Program-made: the position numbers and the translations under genes | Source: a candidate division WOR-3 bacterium | Lineage (GTDB): Bacteria > Hydrothermota > Tepidihabitantia > B3-TA06 | Length of the DNA: 64,000 bases | Direction: 5' to 3' | Assembly: GCA_023128825.1 (NCBI GenBank) | Contig: JAGMDF010000082.1 | Span: 8,626 to 72,625 of the forward strand | The notes under the pieces: generated by a model | Seen by the model: the letters and a program-made list of their open reading frames with translations, nothing else | What the model was told of the DNA's origin: nothing | Databases searched by the model: none | Part shown: in pieces, positions 15,815-24,822 of the stretch | How the letters are laid out: every line of letters begins with the position of its first letter | Numbering within the stretch: position 1 is the first letter of the stretch

Positions 15815-16674
15815 TGTTCTTGCGCAAGAATCTGCGCCCCGCCCGCGAAGCGCGCAAGAAGCTCGACCTTAAAGACGGATTGTGGCTTAAATGCGAAAGC
15901 TGCGGCGAGATCCTCTACCGCCGCGAGCTCGATCAATCATGCTGGATCTGCCCCAAGTGCGGTTTCCACTTCCGTGTAGGTCACAAAACCTACATCAAGC
16001 TGCTTCTGGATGAGGGCAAACTGGAAGAGATAGACAGGGGACTCGTGTCTGTTGATCCTTTGCGTTTTCCCAAGTACAAGGAGAAGTACAAAACCTCACG
16101 CAAGAAGACCGGAATGGAAGAGGGGATAGTCTCGGGCAGAGCCGAGATCAATGGTATGCCGGTTATTTTTGCGGCTACGGACTTCGCGTTCATGGGCGGA
16201 AGCATGGGTTCTGTGGTGGGCGAGAAGGTGGCTCGTGCGGCTCGATTGGCTCTGGCCGAACGCAAACCGTTCGTGATGCTTACCGCCTCAGGCGGAGGGG
16301 CACGAATGCAGGAAGGAATCTTCTCCCTCATGCAGATGGCCAAGACCTCAGCCGAGGTTGGCCTGCTCAAACAGGCTCAGATTCCATACATCAACATCCT
16401 GACTCACCCGACGATGGCCGGGGTAATGGCCTCCTTCGCCTCCCTGGGCGACGTGATCATCGCCGAGCCTGGAGCGCTTCTGGGATTTACCGGCCCACGG
16501 GTCATAGAGCAGACCATAGGCGAGAAGCTTCCGCCCGGATTCCAGCGCTCCGAGTTCCTCCTGGAGCACGGCTTCGTGGATATCGTGTGCTCCCGCCGCG
16601 AGCTCAGGGAGACCGTGGCCAGGATACTGAGCATCCTTACCGAACCTCATAAGGAGCCGTCATCTCAGACATAG
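15814..16674 (+). CDS. accD: Acetyl-CoA carboxylase carboxyltransferase beta subunit
   Basis: Zn-ribbon CESCGEILYRRELDQSCWICPKCGFHFR followed by the carboxyltransferase core GRAEINGMPVIFAATDFAFMGGSMGSVVGEK. GTG 15814 overlaps the fbp TAG by 1 nt. Confidence 0.9.
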   Translation: MFLRKNLRPAREARKKLDLKDGLWLKCESCGEILYRRELDQSCWICPKCGFHFRVGHKTYIKLLLDEGKLEEIDRGLVSVDPLRFPKYKEKYKTSRKKTGMEEGIVSGRAEINGMPVIFAATDFAFMGGSMGSVVGEKVARAARLALAERKPFVMLTASGGGARMQEGIFSLMQMAKTSAEVGLLKQAQIPYINILTHPTMAGVMASFASLGDVIIAEPGALLGFTGPRVIEQTIGEKLPPGFQRSEFLLEHGFVDIVCSRRELRETVARILSILTEPHKEPSSQT

Positions 16675-16758
16675 CCTATACAAAAGAAATCATTAAAGGC
16701 GACCCAAAAGGGTTACCCTTTTGCTCGCCTCGCACCGATCTACCTAAGCAGAGGTAAT

Positions 16759-17400
16759 ATGAAGAGCAAAGCTTTGATTGCGACCCTTTTGGCGGGACTC
16801 ATTATTGCGTCCCCCCTTTTCGGTCTTTCACTCAAGTTCGCCCCGGGCTGGGGTGCAGTATGGGCAATCGGTGATGAGATCGAGGAATCGGACATCGGAT
16901 ACAACTTCTCCGGTGCCGTCGAGATCGAGGTCTGGAAAGGATTCGACTACGGCTTTAAATACTACTACTCGGATGTCTCCGCCACGGTTCCCAACACCTT
17001 CAATACCGACACCACCATCACCTCCTATGACGCGGAGTTCGTCCATCACGCGTTTGCGCTCACCAACACCTGGTCTCCAGGCTGGAAATGGGTTGACCCT
17101 TACGTGCGCGGCGCGGTAGGACTATACTCATGGCAGCAGTTGGACGAGGACGGTAATATCTTTGAGGTTATAAATCCTCAGGACACTGCTAAGACAGTAG
17201 AGCTCGCGGCCACCTCTTTCGGAATAAGCGTTGGCGGCGGTATCAAGATATGGCCCATCAAGTACGTGGGGTTCCGGCTCGGAGCAGATTACGACTTTAT
17301 ATTCTCCGAGAACCGGGAACGCTTCGGCTCACAGGACGCAAATGAGAATCTGTTACGGATTGGCGTAGAGGCGATTTTCCGATTGCCAATAAAGGAGTAA
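16759..17400 (+). CDS. Small outer-membrane beta-barrel protein
   Basis: Signal peptide MKSKALIATLLAGLIIASPLFG. Alternating aromatic/Gly-rich strands. Confidence 0.6.
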   Translation: MKSKALIATLLAGLIIASPLFGLSLKFAPGWGAVWAIGDEIEESDIGYNFSGAVEIEVWKGFDYGFKYYYSDVSATVPNTFNTDTTITSYDAEFVHHAFALTNTWSPGWKWVDPYVRGAVGLYSWQQLDEDGNIFEVINPQDTAKTVELAATSFGISVGGGIKIWPIKYVGFRLGADYDFIFSENRERFGSQDANENLLRIGVEAIFRLPIKE

Positions 17401-17458
17401 TGTTCTATCGGGGTTCCCGCTCAGCAGAATGTAAAGGTGAGAAACACAATACGCTCCC

Positions 17459-17495
17459 TGTAGGGGTACGGCATGCCGTGCCCCTAGATTTTTAT
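17459..17495 (+). repeat. Family-C REP-like hairpin (TGTAGGGGTACGGCATGCCGTGCCCCTA) with T-run; probable terminator
   Basis: The 28-nt core is identical to the copy at 19967-19994. The stem is GGGGTACGGC/GCCGTGCCCC and is followed by TTTTTAT. Confidence 0.7.
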
Positions 17496-17672
17496 GCGGC
17501 TTTACCGGGAAGGAATCGTGTCTTGTCCAATTTGTGGGCGACCGAGTCGGTGTTCATAAAGAGCGCCGCTTATCACTCACTATGACTACGATGGTGGAAA
17601 CCACCTTGCTCGCCATGAGTCAGGGCATCGAGTATGGGTAATCGAAAGGCCGTCTGTTTTTATTAACTCATC

Positions 17673-17700
17673 TTGACATCACACATTTTTCTCCTATAAT
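17673..17700 (+). promoter_or_regulatory. Consensus promoter (TTGACA-16-TATAAT) of the radical SAM gene
   Basis: TTGACA at 17673-17678 and TATAAT at 17695-17700. Confidence 0.7.
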
Positions 17701-17708
17701 TGAGTTAT

Positions 17709-17734
17709 GTAATTAACTGACTAGTCAGTTAATT
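17709..17734. promoter_or_regulatory. Perfect 26-bp palindromic operator, presumably for the adjacent TetR-family repressor
   Basis: TAATTAACTGACT|AGTCAGTTAATTA starts 9 nt after the -10 box and so covers the expected transcription start. Confidence 0.65.
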
Positions 17735-17789
17735 ATCGAAAAACGTTGCGGAGCTTTTATCTAAAGGAACTAAGGAAAGGAGACAAAAG

Positions 17790-19235
17790 ATGAATCCTCT
17801 TCAAAAAAGGTTGACCGCTCAAGCAATCAAGGCGGCAGTAAAAAACCCCGGCCTCGCCAGTACACTTCTAAAACCACTCAGGGCAAGAATCAAAAAGGGA
17901 ATTATGGATGCCCAACCCACGAACATACCCTACCTCACTGAAATAAAAACACAGTTTCTTGTGAATCTACTTGAGCAGTCTTTCAAAAACATCCAAAAGG
18001 GGTACTTTTCCACTGAGTATGCTGAAAGGGTACGCGAGACCTTTGTAATGAATGGGTTCCTCGACGAAAGGCGACCCAAAGTCCAGAAAAAGTACAAGGA
18101 TAAGTACGGAATAGAACCCCCCAGCTTCTGTTTGATCTCTCCCACCAAGCACTGCAACCTTAGATGCATAGGATGTTACGCGGCCTCGGAAGCAACTAGC
18201 GCAGCCACACTGGACTATGAGGTGTTCACCAAGCTGCTCCATGAGATGCGCGATCTGATCGGGTCGAACTTCATCGTGATCTCCGGCGGCGAGCCCTTTA
18301 TGTACAACTCCCAGGGCAAGACCCTGCTTGACGCCGTGGAAGAATTCTCCGACATGGTTTTCCTTGTTTACACCAACGGGACACTACTCACCGACGAAAC
18401 GGTGGAAAGGATGGCCGGACTGGGAAACATAACCCCGGCGATATCCGTTGAAGGCTACGAGAAAGAAACCGACGCAAGACGGGGAAAAGGCGTCTATGCG
18501 AAGATTATGGATTCAATGGAGAGGCTTAGACACCGCGGGGTTCCCTTCGGGACATCCGTTACCGCAACCAAGAACAACGTTGAAATCCTGCTGACCGACG
18601 AATTCTACGAGCACTACTTCGAGGAGCTGGGTGCGGTGTATATGTGGATGTTCCACCTGATGCCTATCGGAAGGGCCAGGGACACCATGGATCTGATGAT
18701 TTCTCCTGAGCAGCGCGTTGCGCTTTACAACCAGTGGGAAAGGATGCTCTTCGATAAGAAATACTTTGTCGGAGACTTCTGGAATAGTGGTGCGGCATCG
18801 GATGGCTGCATTGCCTATGGCAGAGAGAGGGGATACTTCTACGTCGACTGGAACGGGAACATCATGCCTTGCGGGTTCGTGCCATACTACAAAGACAATC
18901 TCTACGATCTTTACAGGGATGGTAAGTCAATCGCAGACGGGCTGATGTCGGATCTGTTTGTAAAGGGAAGGAACTGGCAGCACGAATACGGATACGGTCA
19001 ACTGAAGTTCTGTAATAATATACTTACCCCTTGCTCTATCCGCGACCACCACAAATACTTCAGGGAGAATATCCTGGACAACAGCGCGAAGCCTGAGGAT
19101 GAAAATGCAAAGGCAGCGCTCGAAGATCCTGAGTACTACGAGAGACTGGTGGAGTTCGATGAAGAACTTGAGAAGCTCACCCAACCCATCTGGCAGGAGC
19201 GCTACCTTAAAGACCTGAAACGAACCTCACGATGA
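17790..19235 (+). CDS. Radical SAM enzyme with an N-terminal extension of about 115 aa and a twitch/SPASM-like C-terminal Cys cluster
   Basis: CNLRCIGCYA (CxxxCxxC), VISGGEPFMY, YTNGTLLTDE. Downstream cysteines occur in DGCIAY...NIMPCGF and FCNNILTPCS. Confidence 0.85.
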   Translation: MNPLQKRLTAQAIKAAVKNPGLASTLLKPLRARIKKGIMDAQPTNIPYLTEIKTQFLVNLLEQSFKNIQKGYFSTEYAERVRETFVMNGFLDERRPKVQKKYKDKYGIEPPSFCLISPTKHCNLRCIGCYAASEATSAATLDYEVFTKLLHEMRDLIGSNFIVISGGEPFMYNSQGKTLLDAVEEFSDMVFLVYTNGTLLTDETVERMAGLGNITPAISVEGYEKETDARRGKGVYAKIMDSMERLRHRGVPFGTSVTATKNNVEILLTDEFYEHYFEELGAVYMWMFHLMPIGRARDTMDLMISPEQRVALYNQWERMLFDKKYFVGDFWNSGAASDGCIAYGRERGYFYVDWNGNIMPCGFVPYYKDNLYDLYRDGKSIADGLMSDLFVKGRNWQHEYGYGQLKFCNNILTPCSIRDHHKYFRENILDNSAKPEDENAKAALEDPEYYERLVEFDEELEKLTQPIWQERYLKDLKRTSR

Positions 19236-19271
19236 TGCCGCACCTCTATACAGTACAACCCGGGGGGCAGC

Positions 19272-19299
19272 TTGACAGAACTGCCTTTTCTACTATAAT
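19272..19299 (+). promoter_or_regulatory. Promoter of the TetR gene (TTGACA-16-TATAAT)
   Basis: TTGACA at 19272-19277 and TATAAT at 19294-19299. ATG is at 19311. Confidence 0.65.
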
Positions 19300-19310
19300 G
19301 GCAGGTTATT

Positions 19311-19913
19311 ATGTCTGAACGTTCGCCAAGAAAACCAGGAGAGATGCGCCGCCGTGAGATCCTTTCCGCGGCAAGAGAACTCTTTTGCGAATACGGCTTC
19401 GATCAAGTCGGTATGGAGGATGTGGCGAAGAAGGTAGGAATCTCAAAAGCGGCAATCTACTTCTACTACAAGAGTAAGCTTGAGCTTTTCATAGCGATGA
19501 TTAAATCATCACTTGACCAACTAGTGTCGGATCTCAAGGCTGACCTTAAGGATGAATCGAAAAAAGGCATTAAAAACCGCCTTGATGCGGTACTCCACTC
19601 GCTCAGCCGGTATGTCCCTCTGATTTCAAGCATGCGCAGGCTTTTCGAAACCGGAGGAATTCCAGTCGTTCCTGCACGCCACATGACGCTCTTTACGAAA
19701 CGCATCACTCCCAGCATCGAGGAGGTAAAAGAGGTGCTGGCATCTGTTTTCTTCAGTGCACAGAAGACAGGTGAGGTAAGAAAAAATCTAACTCCCCAAA
19801 CGCTGGCAAATGTTTTTCTGGGGCTTGCGTCTTCGCTGGCTGGAATCGAGACGGGCTTCGCGACAGTGAGAGAGATTTTCCTTAAAGGAATCCTCGTAGA
19901 GGAGGCAGGGTAA
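19311..19913 (+). CDS. TetR/AcrR-family transcriptional regulator
   Basis: N-terminal HTH: RRREILSAARELFCEYGFDQVGMEDVAKKVGISKAAIYFYYKSKLELF. Confidence 0.9.
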   Translation: MSERSPRKPGEMRRREILSAARELFCEYGFDQVGMEDVAKKVGISKAAIYFYYKSKLELFIAMIKSSLDQLVSDLKADLKDESKKGIKNRLDAVLHSLSRYVPLISSMRRLFETGGIPVVPARHMTLFTKRITPSIEEVKEVLASVFFSAQKTGEVRKNLTPQTLANVFLGLASSLAGIETGFATVREIFLKGILVEEAG

Positions 19914-19966
19914 GAAAAAACCCAGGTGGGCGTTGCCGTCGTGAGCTTTGCGAAACCTTAAGATAT

Positions 19967-20003
19967 TGTAGGGGTACGGCATGCCGTGCCCCTACTTTTA
20001 TTG
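19967..20003 (+). repeat. Family-C REP-like hairpin, second copy; probable terminator
   Basis: TGTAGGGGTACGGCATGCCGTGCCCCTA followed by CTTTTATT. Same orientation as the copy at 17459. Confidence 0.7.
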
Positions 20004-20051
20004 CAACCACGCATCTTTAATCCAAGGGATCTTCCCATATAACGAGCAAGA

Positions 20052-20080
20052 TTGACTCGCCAAAGGATACTCATTATAAT
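20052..20080 (+). promoter_or_regulatory. Promoter (TTGACT-17-TATAAT), leaderless
   Basis: The -10 box ends 8 nt before ATG 20089, and there is no SD. Confidence 0.6.
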
Positions 20081-20088
20081 GTACGTCC

Positions 20089-21720
20089 ATGGTCAAGATC
20101 AAGCTGGGACGAAGTGCGGTGCGTGAAGTAAAAGAAGGCACCCCTATATCGAAGCTGATCCCTGCGGGTCAGCCCATCATCGCGGCCAAGCTGGAGGGTG
20201 AGCTGGTCGGACTCAACACCTCGCTTACCAAGGACGCGAAGATCGAGTTCGTTCTCGCCACCGATCCCGAAGGCCTGAAGATTCATCAGGAGAGTCTTAT
20301 CTTTGTCCTCACCATGGCCGCCAAACGCGCCTTTCCCGAAGCGAGGCTGGTGGTTGAACATTCAACCTCTAAGGGCTTCTACTGCACCCTAAGAATGGAG
20401 CGTATCATGGAGAAGCGCGACGTTGAGCTTCTTGAGGCTGAGATGCTCGGGCTTCTGGCCGACGATCTGCCCGTCACCATGCGGGAGGTGGATCGGAAGG
20501 AGGCAACCGCCATCTGTAAACGCAACAACAACACCTCAAAGCTGGCGTTATTGGAGTACGCGGATAAGGACGAGTACATTATCCACCGGTGCGGCGATTT
20601 CGCCGACTGGGCAAGAGGGCCGTTGGTTCCTTCAACCGGCTCCTTGTGCGCGTTTGAGCTTCTGCACTATCCACCCGGCTTTATTCTGCGCTACCCCACA
20701 CCTGAATCGTTCCCTGAGCTTCCCACCTTCGTGGAGCAGCCAAAACTCTTCCTTATCTTCCATCACTACGAGCGGTGGAGTGAAGCCTTGGGTATCTCCG
20801 ATATCGGCCACCTCAACCGTCTCATAAGGGAAGATAAAGGCCTTGAATTGGTCAACGTTGCCGAGGCTTTGCACGAGAAGGCCATCGCCCGAATTGCAGA
20901 CCGCATCGCCGCCACCACCATACTCCCCCGCATCGTGCTCATCGCCGGCCCCTCATCTGCCGGGAAAACAACCTTTTCCAAACGACTGGCGGTGCATCTG
21001 CGGGTTAACGGTCTGCGACCCCTGCCGTTGTCGGTGGACGACTACTTCTTCGACCGCTCCAGTACCCCGCTTGACGAGGAGGAAAAGCCCGATTTCGAGG
21101 GAATCGACGCCATTGATTTGGAGTTCTTCAACCAGCAGTTGGTGCTCCTTCTGGAAGGCAAAAGGGTGGATAGACCCCGCTTCGATTTCGAGAGAGGCAG
21201 GCGCTGTTTCGACGGCACCACCATGATCCTGAAGCCAAACGAGATACTTATCGTGGAGGGAATCCACGCGCTCAACCCGCGCCTGACTTCTGCCGTACCC
21301 AAACATCTCAAGTTCAAGATATACGTATCCGCGCTGACCCAGCTCAACTACCACGACCAGCGCATCGTTTCCACCTCTGACACCAGGATGCTGAGACGAA
21401 TGCTGCGCGACTACTCCTACCGCGCTCATACACCCACCAGAACCATGAAGCGGTGGGCTAAGGTGCGCAGGGGCGAGGAGCGCAACGTCTTCCCTTACCA
21501 GGAGTCGGCGGATGAGATGTTTAACTCGGCTCTTATCTATGAACTTGCAGTGATGCGCAACAGGGCAATGAAACTTCTGCGCACTGTCCGAAGCAAGGGC
21601 CTGCGCTCGGAGGCCGAACGCATGATCTCCCTCTTGGAACTGGTCACCCCTATGGACGACGGCGCGGTACCACCTGCATCCATCCTCCGCGAGTTCATCG
21701 GAGGAAGCGTCTTCCGGTAG
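20089..21720 (+). CDS. Uridine-kinase/PRK-family nucleoside kinase with N-terminal TGS-like and ThrRS-SAD-like regions
   Basis: P-loop IVLIAGPSSAGKTTFSKRL, then IVEGIHALNP. The N-terminus MVKIKLGRSAVREVKEGTPISKL...AAKLEGELVGLNT is TGS-like. Confidence 0.75.
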   Translation: MVKIKLGRSAVREVKEGTPISKLIPAGQPIIAAKLEGELVGLNTSLTKDAKIEFVLATDPEGLKIHQESLIFVLTMAAKRAFPEARLVVEHSTSKGFYCTLRMERIMEKRDVELLEAEMLGLLADDLPVTMREVDRKEATAICKRNNNTSKLALLEYADKDEYIIHRCGDFADWARGPLVPSTGSLCAFELLHYPPGFILRYPTPESFPELPTFVEQPKLFLIFHHYERWSEALGISDIGHLNRLIREDKGLELVNVAEALHEKAIARIADRIAATTILPRIVLIAGPSSAGKTTFSKRLAVHLRVNGLRPLPLSVDDYFFDRSSTPLDEEEKPDFEGIDAIDLEFFNQQLVLLLEGKRVDRPRFDFERGRRCFDGTTMILKPNEILIVEGIHALNPRLTSAVPKHLKFKIYVSALTQLNYHDQRIVSTSDTRMLRRMLRDYSYRAHTPTRTMKRWAKVRRGEERNVFPYQESADEMFNSALIYELAVMRNRAMKLLRTVRSKGLRSEAERMISLLELVTPMDDGAVPPASILREFIGGSVFR

Positions 21721-21866
21721 GAAAACAAAAACAAATCCTCCCGCTCTAAGAGCAACTCGAAGACAAAGCACACCCATTAACTAATTGATCCCCCCTCCTG
21801 GGAAGCGAAAAATCGAAAACTAAGATATGCAGCTCAGCTGAAAGGGTGATCTTGCATTCTACTCCC

Positions 21867-21898
21867 CTGCGATCCTTTGCCCGTGGGGCAAGGAGCAT
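21867..21898 (+). repeat. Family-A hairpin repeat
   Basis: CTGCGATC-CTTTGCCC-GTG-GGGCAAG-GAGCAT. Confidence 0.7.
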
Positions 21899-21929
21899 TT
21901 ATTTCGGAGCCATCGACTGAGGTGGATGT

Positions 21930-21957
21930 TTGACTTCCAATTGTTTCGCACTATAAT
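21930..21957 (+). promoter_or_regulatory. Promoter of rpmH operon (TTGACT-16-TATAAT)
   Basis: TTGACT at 21930-21935 and TATAAT at 21952-21957. Confidence 0.65.
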
Positions 21958-21989
21958 CTTAATCGCAGTCTGGCGAAAGGAGAATGTTC

Positions 21990-22127
21990 ATGCCGAAAAG
22001 AACTTATCAACCAAGCAACCTCAAGCGTAAACGCACACATGGCTTTCGTAAACGTAACTCAACCCCTACAGGTAGAGCAATACTGAAGCGTCGCCGTGCC
22101 AAGGGGCGCAAACGCTTATCGGCATAG
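21990..22127 (+). CDS. rpmH: 50S ribosomal protein L34
   Basis: Below the ORF-track cutoff. Translates to [56 protein letters not shown]. Confidence 0.95.
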   Translation: MPKRTYQPSNLKRKRTHGFRKRNSTPTGRAILKRRRAKGRKRLSA

Positions 22128-22129
22128 GG

Positions 22130-22477
22130 TTGAAGTTGAATACCGTTCGCTCTGAAAATCTGCCGCGCTCTGAGATTCTTCGTGGTGATAGAAATATAAG
22201 GGCCGTATTGGCCGCCCCGCCGGTATCCAGCGGAGCCCTCATGGCTCATTTCATTGAGGAACCACGCCGCAGGGTGGCGTTCTTTGTCCCGAGAACTATC
22301 GGAAAGGCGGTGGTTCGAAATCGTTGTAAGCGGCGCATGCGTGAAATATACAGACGAATGAAGAGAAAATTCCCGGAGGGCAAAATCATTTTCAGGTTAA
22401 AAAATGAGGTTAATCAAGTTGAGCTTGGTCGGTCCTTTTCTCTATGCGCCCAAAAACTGAGAGGCATGGGTGCGTAA
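22130..22477 (+). CDS. rnpA: Ribonuclease P protein component
   Basis: Positioned after rpmH. Basic RNR-type motif [21 protein letters not shown] start. Confidence 0.85.
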   Translation: MKLNTVRSENLPRSEILRGDRNIRAVLAAPPVSSGALMAHFIEEPRRRVAFFVPRTIGKAVVRNRCKRRMREIYRRMKRKFPEGKIIFRLKNEVNQVELGRSFSLCAQKLRGMGA

Positions 22478-22676
22478 GTTATTTATCTGGATCATTCGTG
22501 CGTATCAGATCGTATTTGCAGGAGCACCGCGTAGTTGCCGCTTCGAGCCCACATGTTCGCAGTACGCGGTCGAAGCGATCGAGCGCTACGGTGTGTTGAG
22601 AGGAATTGTTAAAGCCGCCTGGAGGGTTTTGCGCTGCAATCCCTGGAATCCGGGTGGATACGATCCTGTGAGGTAA
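22470..22676 (+). CDS. yidD: Membrane protein insertion efficiency factor YidD
   Basis: YQ...[46 protein letters not shown]. Confidence 0.9.
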   Translation: MRKLFIWIIRAYQIVFAGAPRSCRFEPTCSQYAVEAIERYGVLRGIVKAAWRVLRCNPWNPGGYDPVR

Positions 22677-22678
22677 AT

Positions 22679-24403
22679 GTGAGCGACGGACAACAGCAAA
22701 GAGGAGGTATCTGGTCAACGATCCTGGTGGTGGTGCTGGTCGCGGGAATGCTGCTTATATTTAACTTTTTAAGGAAAGACTCCGGTGGCGGATGTATGGG
22801 TGAGCCGGCAGCTGAAAAATCAACGTCTGCTGCGGTTGGGATGCCCACCAAAGAACCTACCACTGGCAGGGGATCGGAGGAGCGAGCACAGGAGGGACCT
22901 GAAGCGGATTCAATAACCCTTGAGAACGAATATCTCAAGCTCTCATTCCTGGCCTGGCCGTATCATCCCGGCTTTAGAATCACGATGGCGGAACTCAAAG
23001 ATTTCACCCGGAAGAAAGAAGCCACAAGCACTGAACGAATACCGGTCAATCTGCTTGAAGAGTCGGGTTTTGAGATTCTCGGCAAGATGGACTCAAGCCT
23101 TTCGGCCCTCAAACTCGCCGATCGCAGCGACACCTCGGTGACCTTCGTATGGGAAGATACACTGGGTGAGGAGAGATACATTGCAGTGGTTTTGACTGGT
23201 TACGAGCTGCACATTCTCCACTCCGATTCTCTTGAGCCGCTCCTTTTCCACTGCGCAGCAGGGCTTGTGCCTACCGAGCCGGGCGATAAAACTGAACTTA
23301 CCCTTTATCAGCTTTACTATCGTGACGGGGAGAAGAAGGTTCAATACCTTAACGCCAAGCGGATCGGCCAACTAAAGAAAGGCAACCGCGAGATCGAGCC
23401 CGGCCCTTACGAATGGGTGGCGCTTCGTTCCAAGTACTTTACCGCAATCATATTGCCATCAGAACCTGTGGTTGGAAAGATAATCCCCAGCGCAACCAAG
23501 AAGCAACGTATCGGTCTCTCATTCGACATTGAAGGAGGCCGCGAGTTCAGGCTTTACTTCGGTCCCCAGGATTACGAGATCCTGGCAAAGATGGGGCACA
23601 AACTGAGCCGGATTGTTGAACTGGGGGGGTCTGCATTTCGCTGGCTGGGTGTCATCATGCTCAAGATATTCCAGTTCTTTTACCGCATCATCGGCAACTA
23701 TGGAATAGCAATAATTGTATTCTCGATACTTATCAAGCTCGTCTTCCTGCCGCTTTCCCAGGTTCAGCAGCGTTCGATGCAGAAGATGCAGATGCTGCAG
23801 CCCAAGCTCAAGGAACTGCAGGAGCGCTTCAAGGACGATAAGCAACGCCTGAACGAGGAAACCATGAAGCTGTACAAACTTCATGGGGCATCACCGTTCA
23901 AGGGCTGCCTGCCCATGCTTATCCAGCTGCCTGTATTCTTCGGGCTTTACGCGGTGCTGCGCAACGCCATTAGCTTGCGCGGCGCACCGTTTGTCAAGCT
24001 GTTCACGGTAACTATTGTCAAGAACCCCGAAAAGGCCATCAACATCTTTAACTTCATTAGAATCCCCGCCGGCGAATTAACCTGGCTGGCGGATCTGTCC
24101 CAGCACGACCCATTCTACATACTCCCCATTCTCATGGGCGTAGCCTCTGTATTCCAGAGTCTGATGACCAACCCCAATCCACAGCAACGCCTGATGACCT
24201 TCATGATGCCGATTTTTATTACTGTAATCTTCCTTAACTTCCCTTCAGGATTACAGCTATACTGGTTTCTTTTCAATCTCCTCTCCATACTGGAGTTTGC
24301 GATTTTCAGGAGAGGAATGAAAGCTGGAGGAGATCAATGGCAGAGCAAGAGGCCCAAAGAGATAGCTTCGGCGAGGAGCTTGCCGAAATCCTCTCGCAGA
24401 TAG
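22679..24403 (+). CDS. yidC: Membrane protein insertase YidC
   Basis: C-terminal 60-kDa IMP core: NYGIAIIVFSILIKLVFLPLSQVQQRSMQKMQMLQPKLKELQERFKDDKQRLNEETMKLYKLHGASPFKGCLPMLIQLPVFFGLY. Confidence 0.9.
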   Translation: MSDGQQQRGGIWSTILVVVLVAGMLLIFNFLRKDSGGGCMGEPAAEKSTSAAVGMPTKEPTTGRGSEERAQEGPEADSITLENEYLKLSFLAWPYHPGFRITMAELKDFTRKKEATSTERIPVNLLEESGFEILGKMDSSLSALKLADRSDTSVTFVWEDTLGEERYIAVVLTGYELHILHSDSLEPLLFHCAAGLVPTEPGDKTELTLYQLYYRDGEKKVQYLNAKRIGQLKKGNREIEPGPYEWVALRSKYFTAIILPSEPVVGKIIPSATKKQRIGLSFDIEGGREFRLYFGPQDYEILAKMGHKLSRIVELGGSAFRWLGVIMLKIFQFFYRIIGNYGIAIIVFSILIKLVFLPLSQVQQRSMQKMQMLQPKLKELQERFKDDKQRLNEETMKLYKLHGASPFKGCLPMLIQLPVFFGLYAVLRNAISLRGAPFVKLFTVTIVKNPEKAINIFNFIRIPAGELTWLADLSQHDPFYILPILMGVASVFQSLMTNPNPQQRLMTFMMPIFITVIFLNFPSGLQLYWFLFNLLSILEFAIFRRGMKAGGDQWQSKRPKEIASARSLPKSSRR

Positions 24404-24822
24404 TCTCGCTTGCCGGTTTCCGCGCGCGCATAGAATGGCGTAAGCGCGACGATAGCGAATACTACGTCAACGCCCGTACGCGACGCTGGGATGGTCTGCT
24501 CATAGGCCGGGCGGGGGAAAACCTGAGAGCGCTTCAGCTCCTGGTGCACTCGATACTGCAGCACCGTCACGCGAAGATGCCCGCTGTTATAGTTGATGTG
24601 GGTAACTACAAGCAGCGACGCGAAAACTTCCTTCGAAAGAAATCCATGGCCATAGCCAAGGTAGTAAAGGAAACAGGCCGTGAGATGATGCTTGATCCAT
24701 TGACCGACAAGGAACGCAAACTGGTGGAGCAGACCCTGGCCGGTATAGACGGTGTGCGTTCCTATACCATAGGCACCGGCTACCGAAAGAACGTAATCAT
24801 AGCACTTATTGATGTTTCTTGA
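24337..24822 (+). CDS. jag: Jag/KhpB-type KH + R3H RNA-binding protein
   Basis: KH GxxG motif in LLIGRAGENLRALQLLV. R3H-like region LDPLTDKERKLVEQTL...VRSYTIGTGYRKNVII. Conserved position between yidC and mnmE. Confidence 0.75.
   Translation: MAEQEAQRDSFGEELAEILSQIVSLAGFRARIEWRKRDDSEYYVNARTRRWDGLLIGRAGENLRALQLLVHSILQHRHAKMPAVIVDVGNYKQRRENFLRKKSMAIAKVVKETGREMMLDPLTDKERKLVEQTLAGIDGVRSYTIGTGYRKNVIIALIDVS

Noticed and set aside
17400-17585. 61-aa ORF after the OMP gene
   Set aside because: It reads through the family-C REP-like hairpin (…VGVRHAVPL…) and has no SD. The region is most likely non-coding.
17790-19235. Radical SAM enzyme as a tetraether/membrane-spanning lipid synthase (Tes/GDGT-MAS or Mss-like), given the nearby G1PDH operon
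   Set aside because: Only four Cys lie outside the CxxxCxxC motif, which is too few for the multi-cluster architecture reported for GDGT-MAS. The gene is separately regulated and 3 kb away from the G1PDH operon. A profile search would be needed to revisit this.
20953-21777. 274-aa minus ORF overlapping the nucleoside kinase gene
   Set aside because: It is antisense to a CDS with clear P-loop and PRK motifs. It has no motifs and no SD, so it is a shadow ORF.
21721-21989. Replication origin upstream of rpmH (classical dnaA-rpmH neighbourhood), or in the 60.5-61.6 kb repeat region that contains TTATCCACA
   Set aside because: No dnaA or dnaN gene is in the window. The rpmH upstream region has no DnaA-box cluster or AT-rich unwinding element. 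The 61-kb region has only one perfect and one near box, both embedded in a repeat. A GC-skew calculation would be needed to revisit this.
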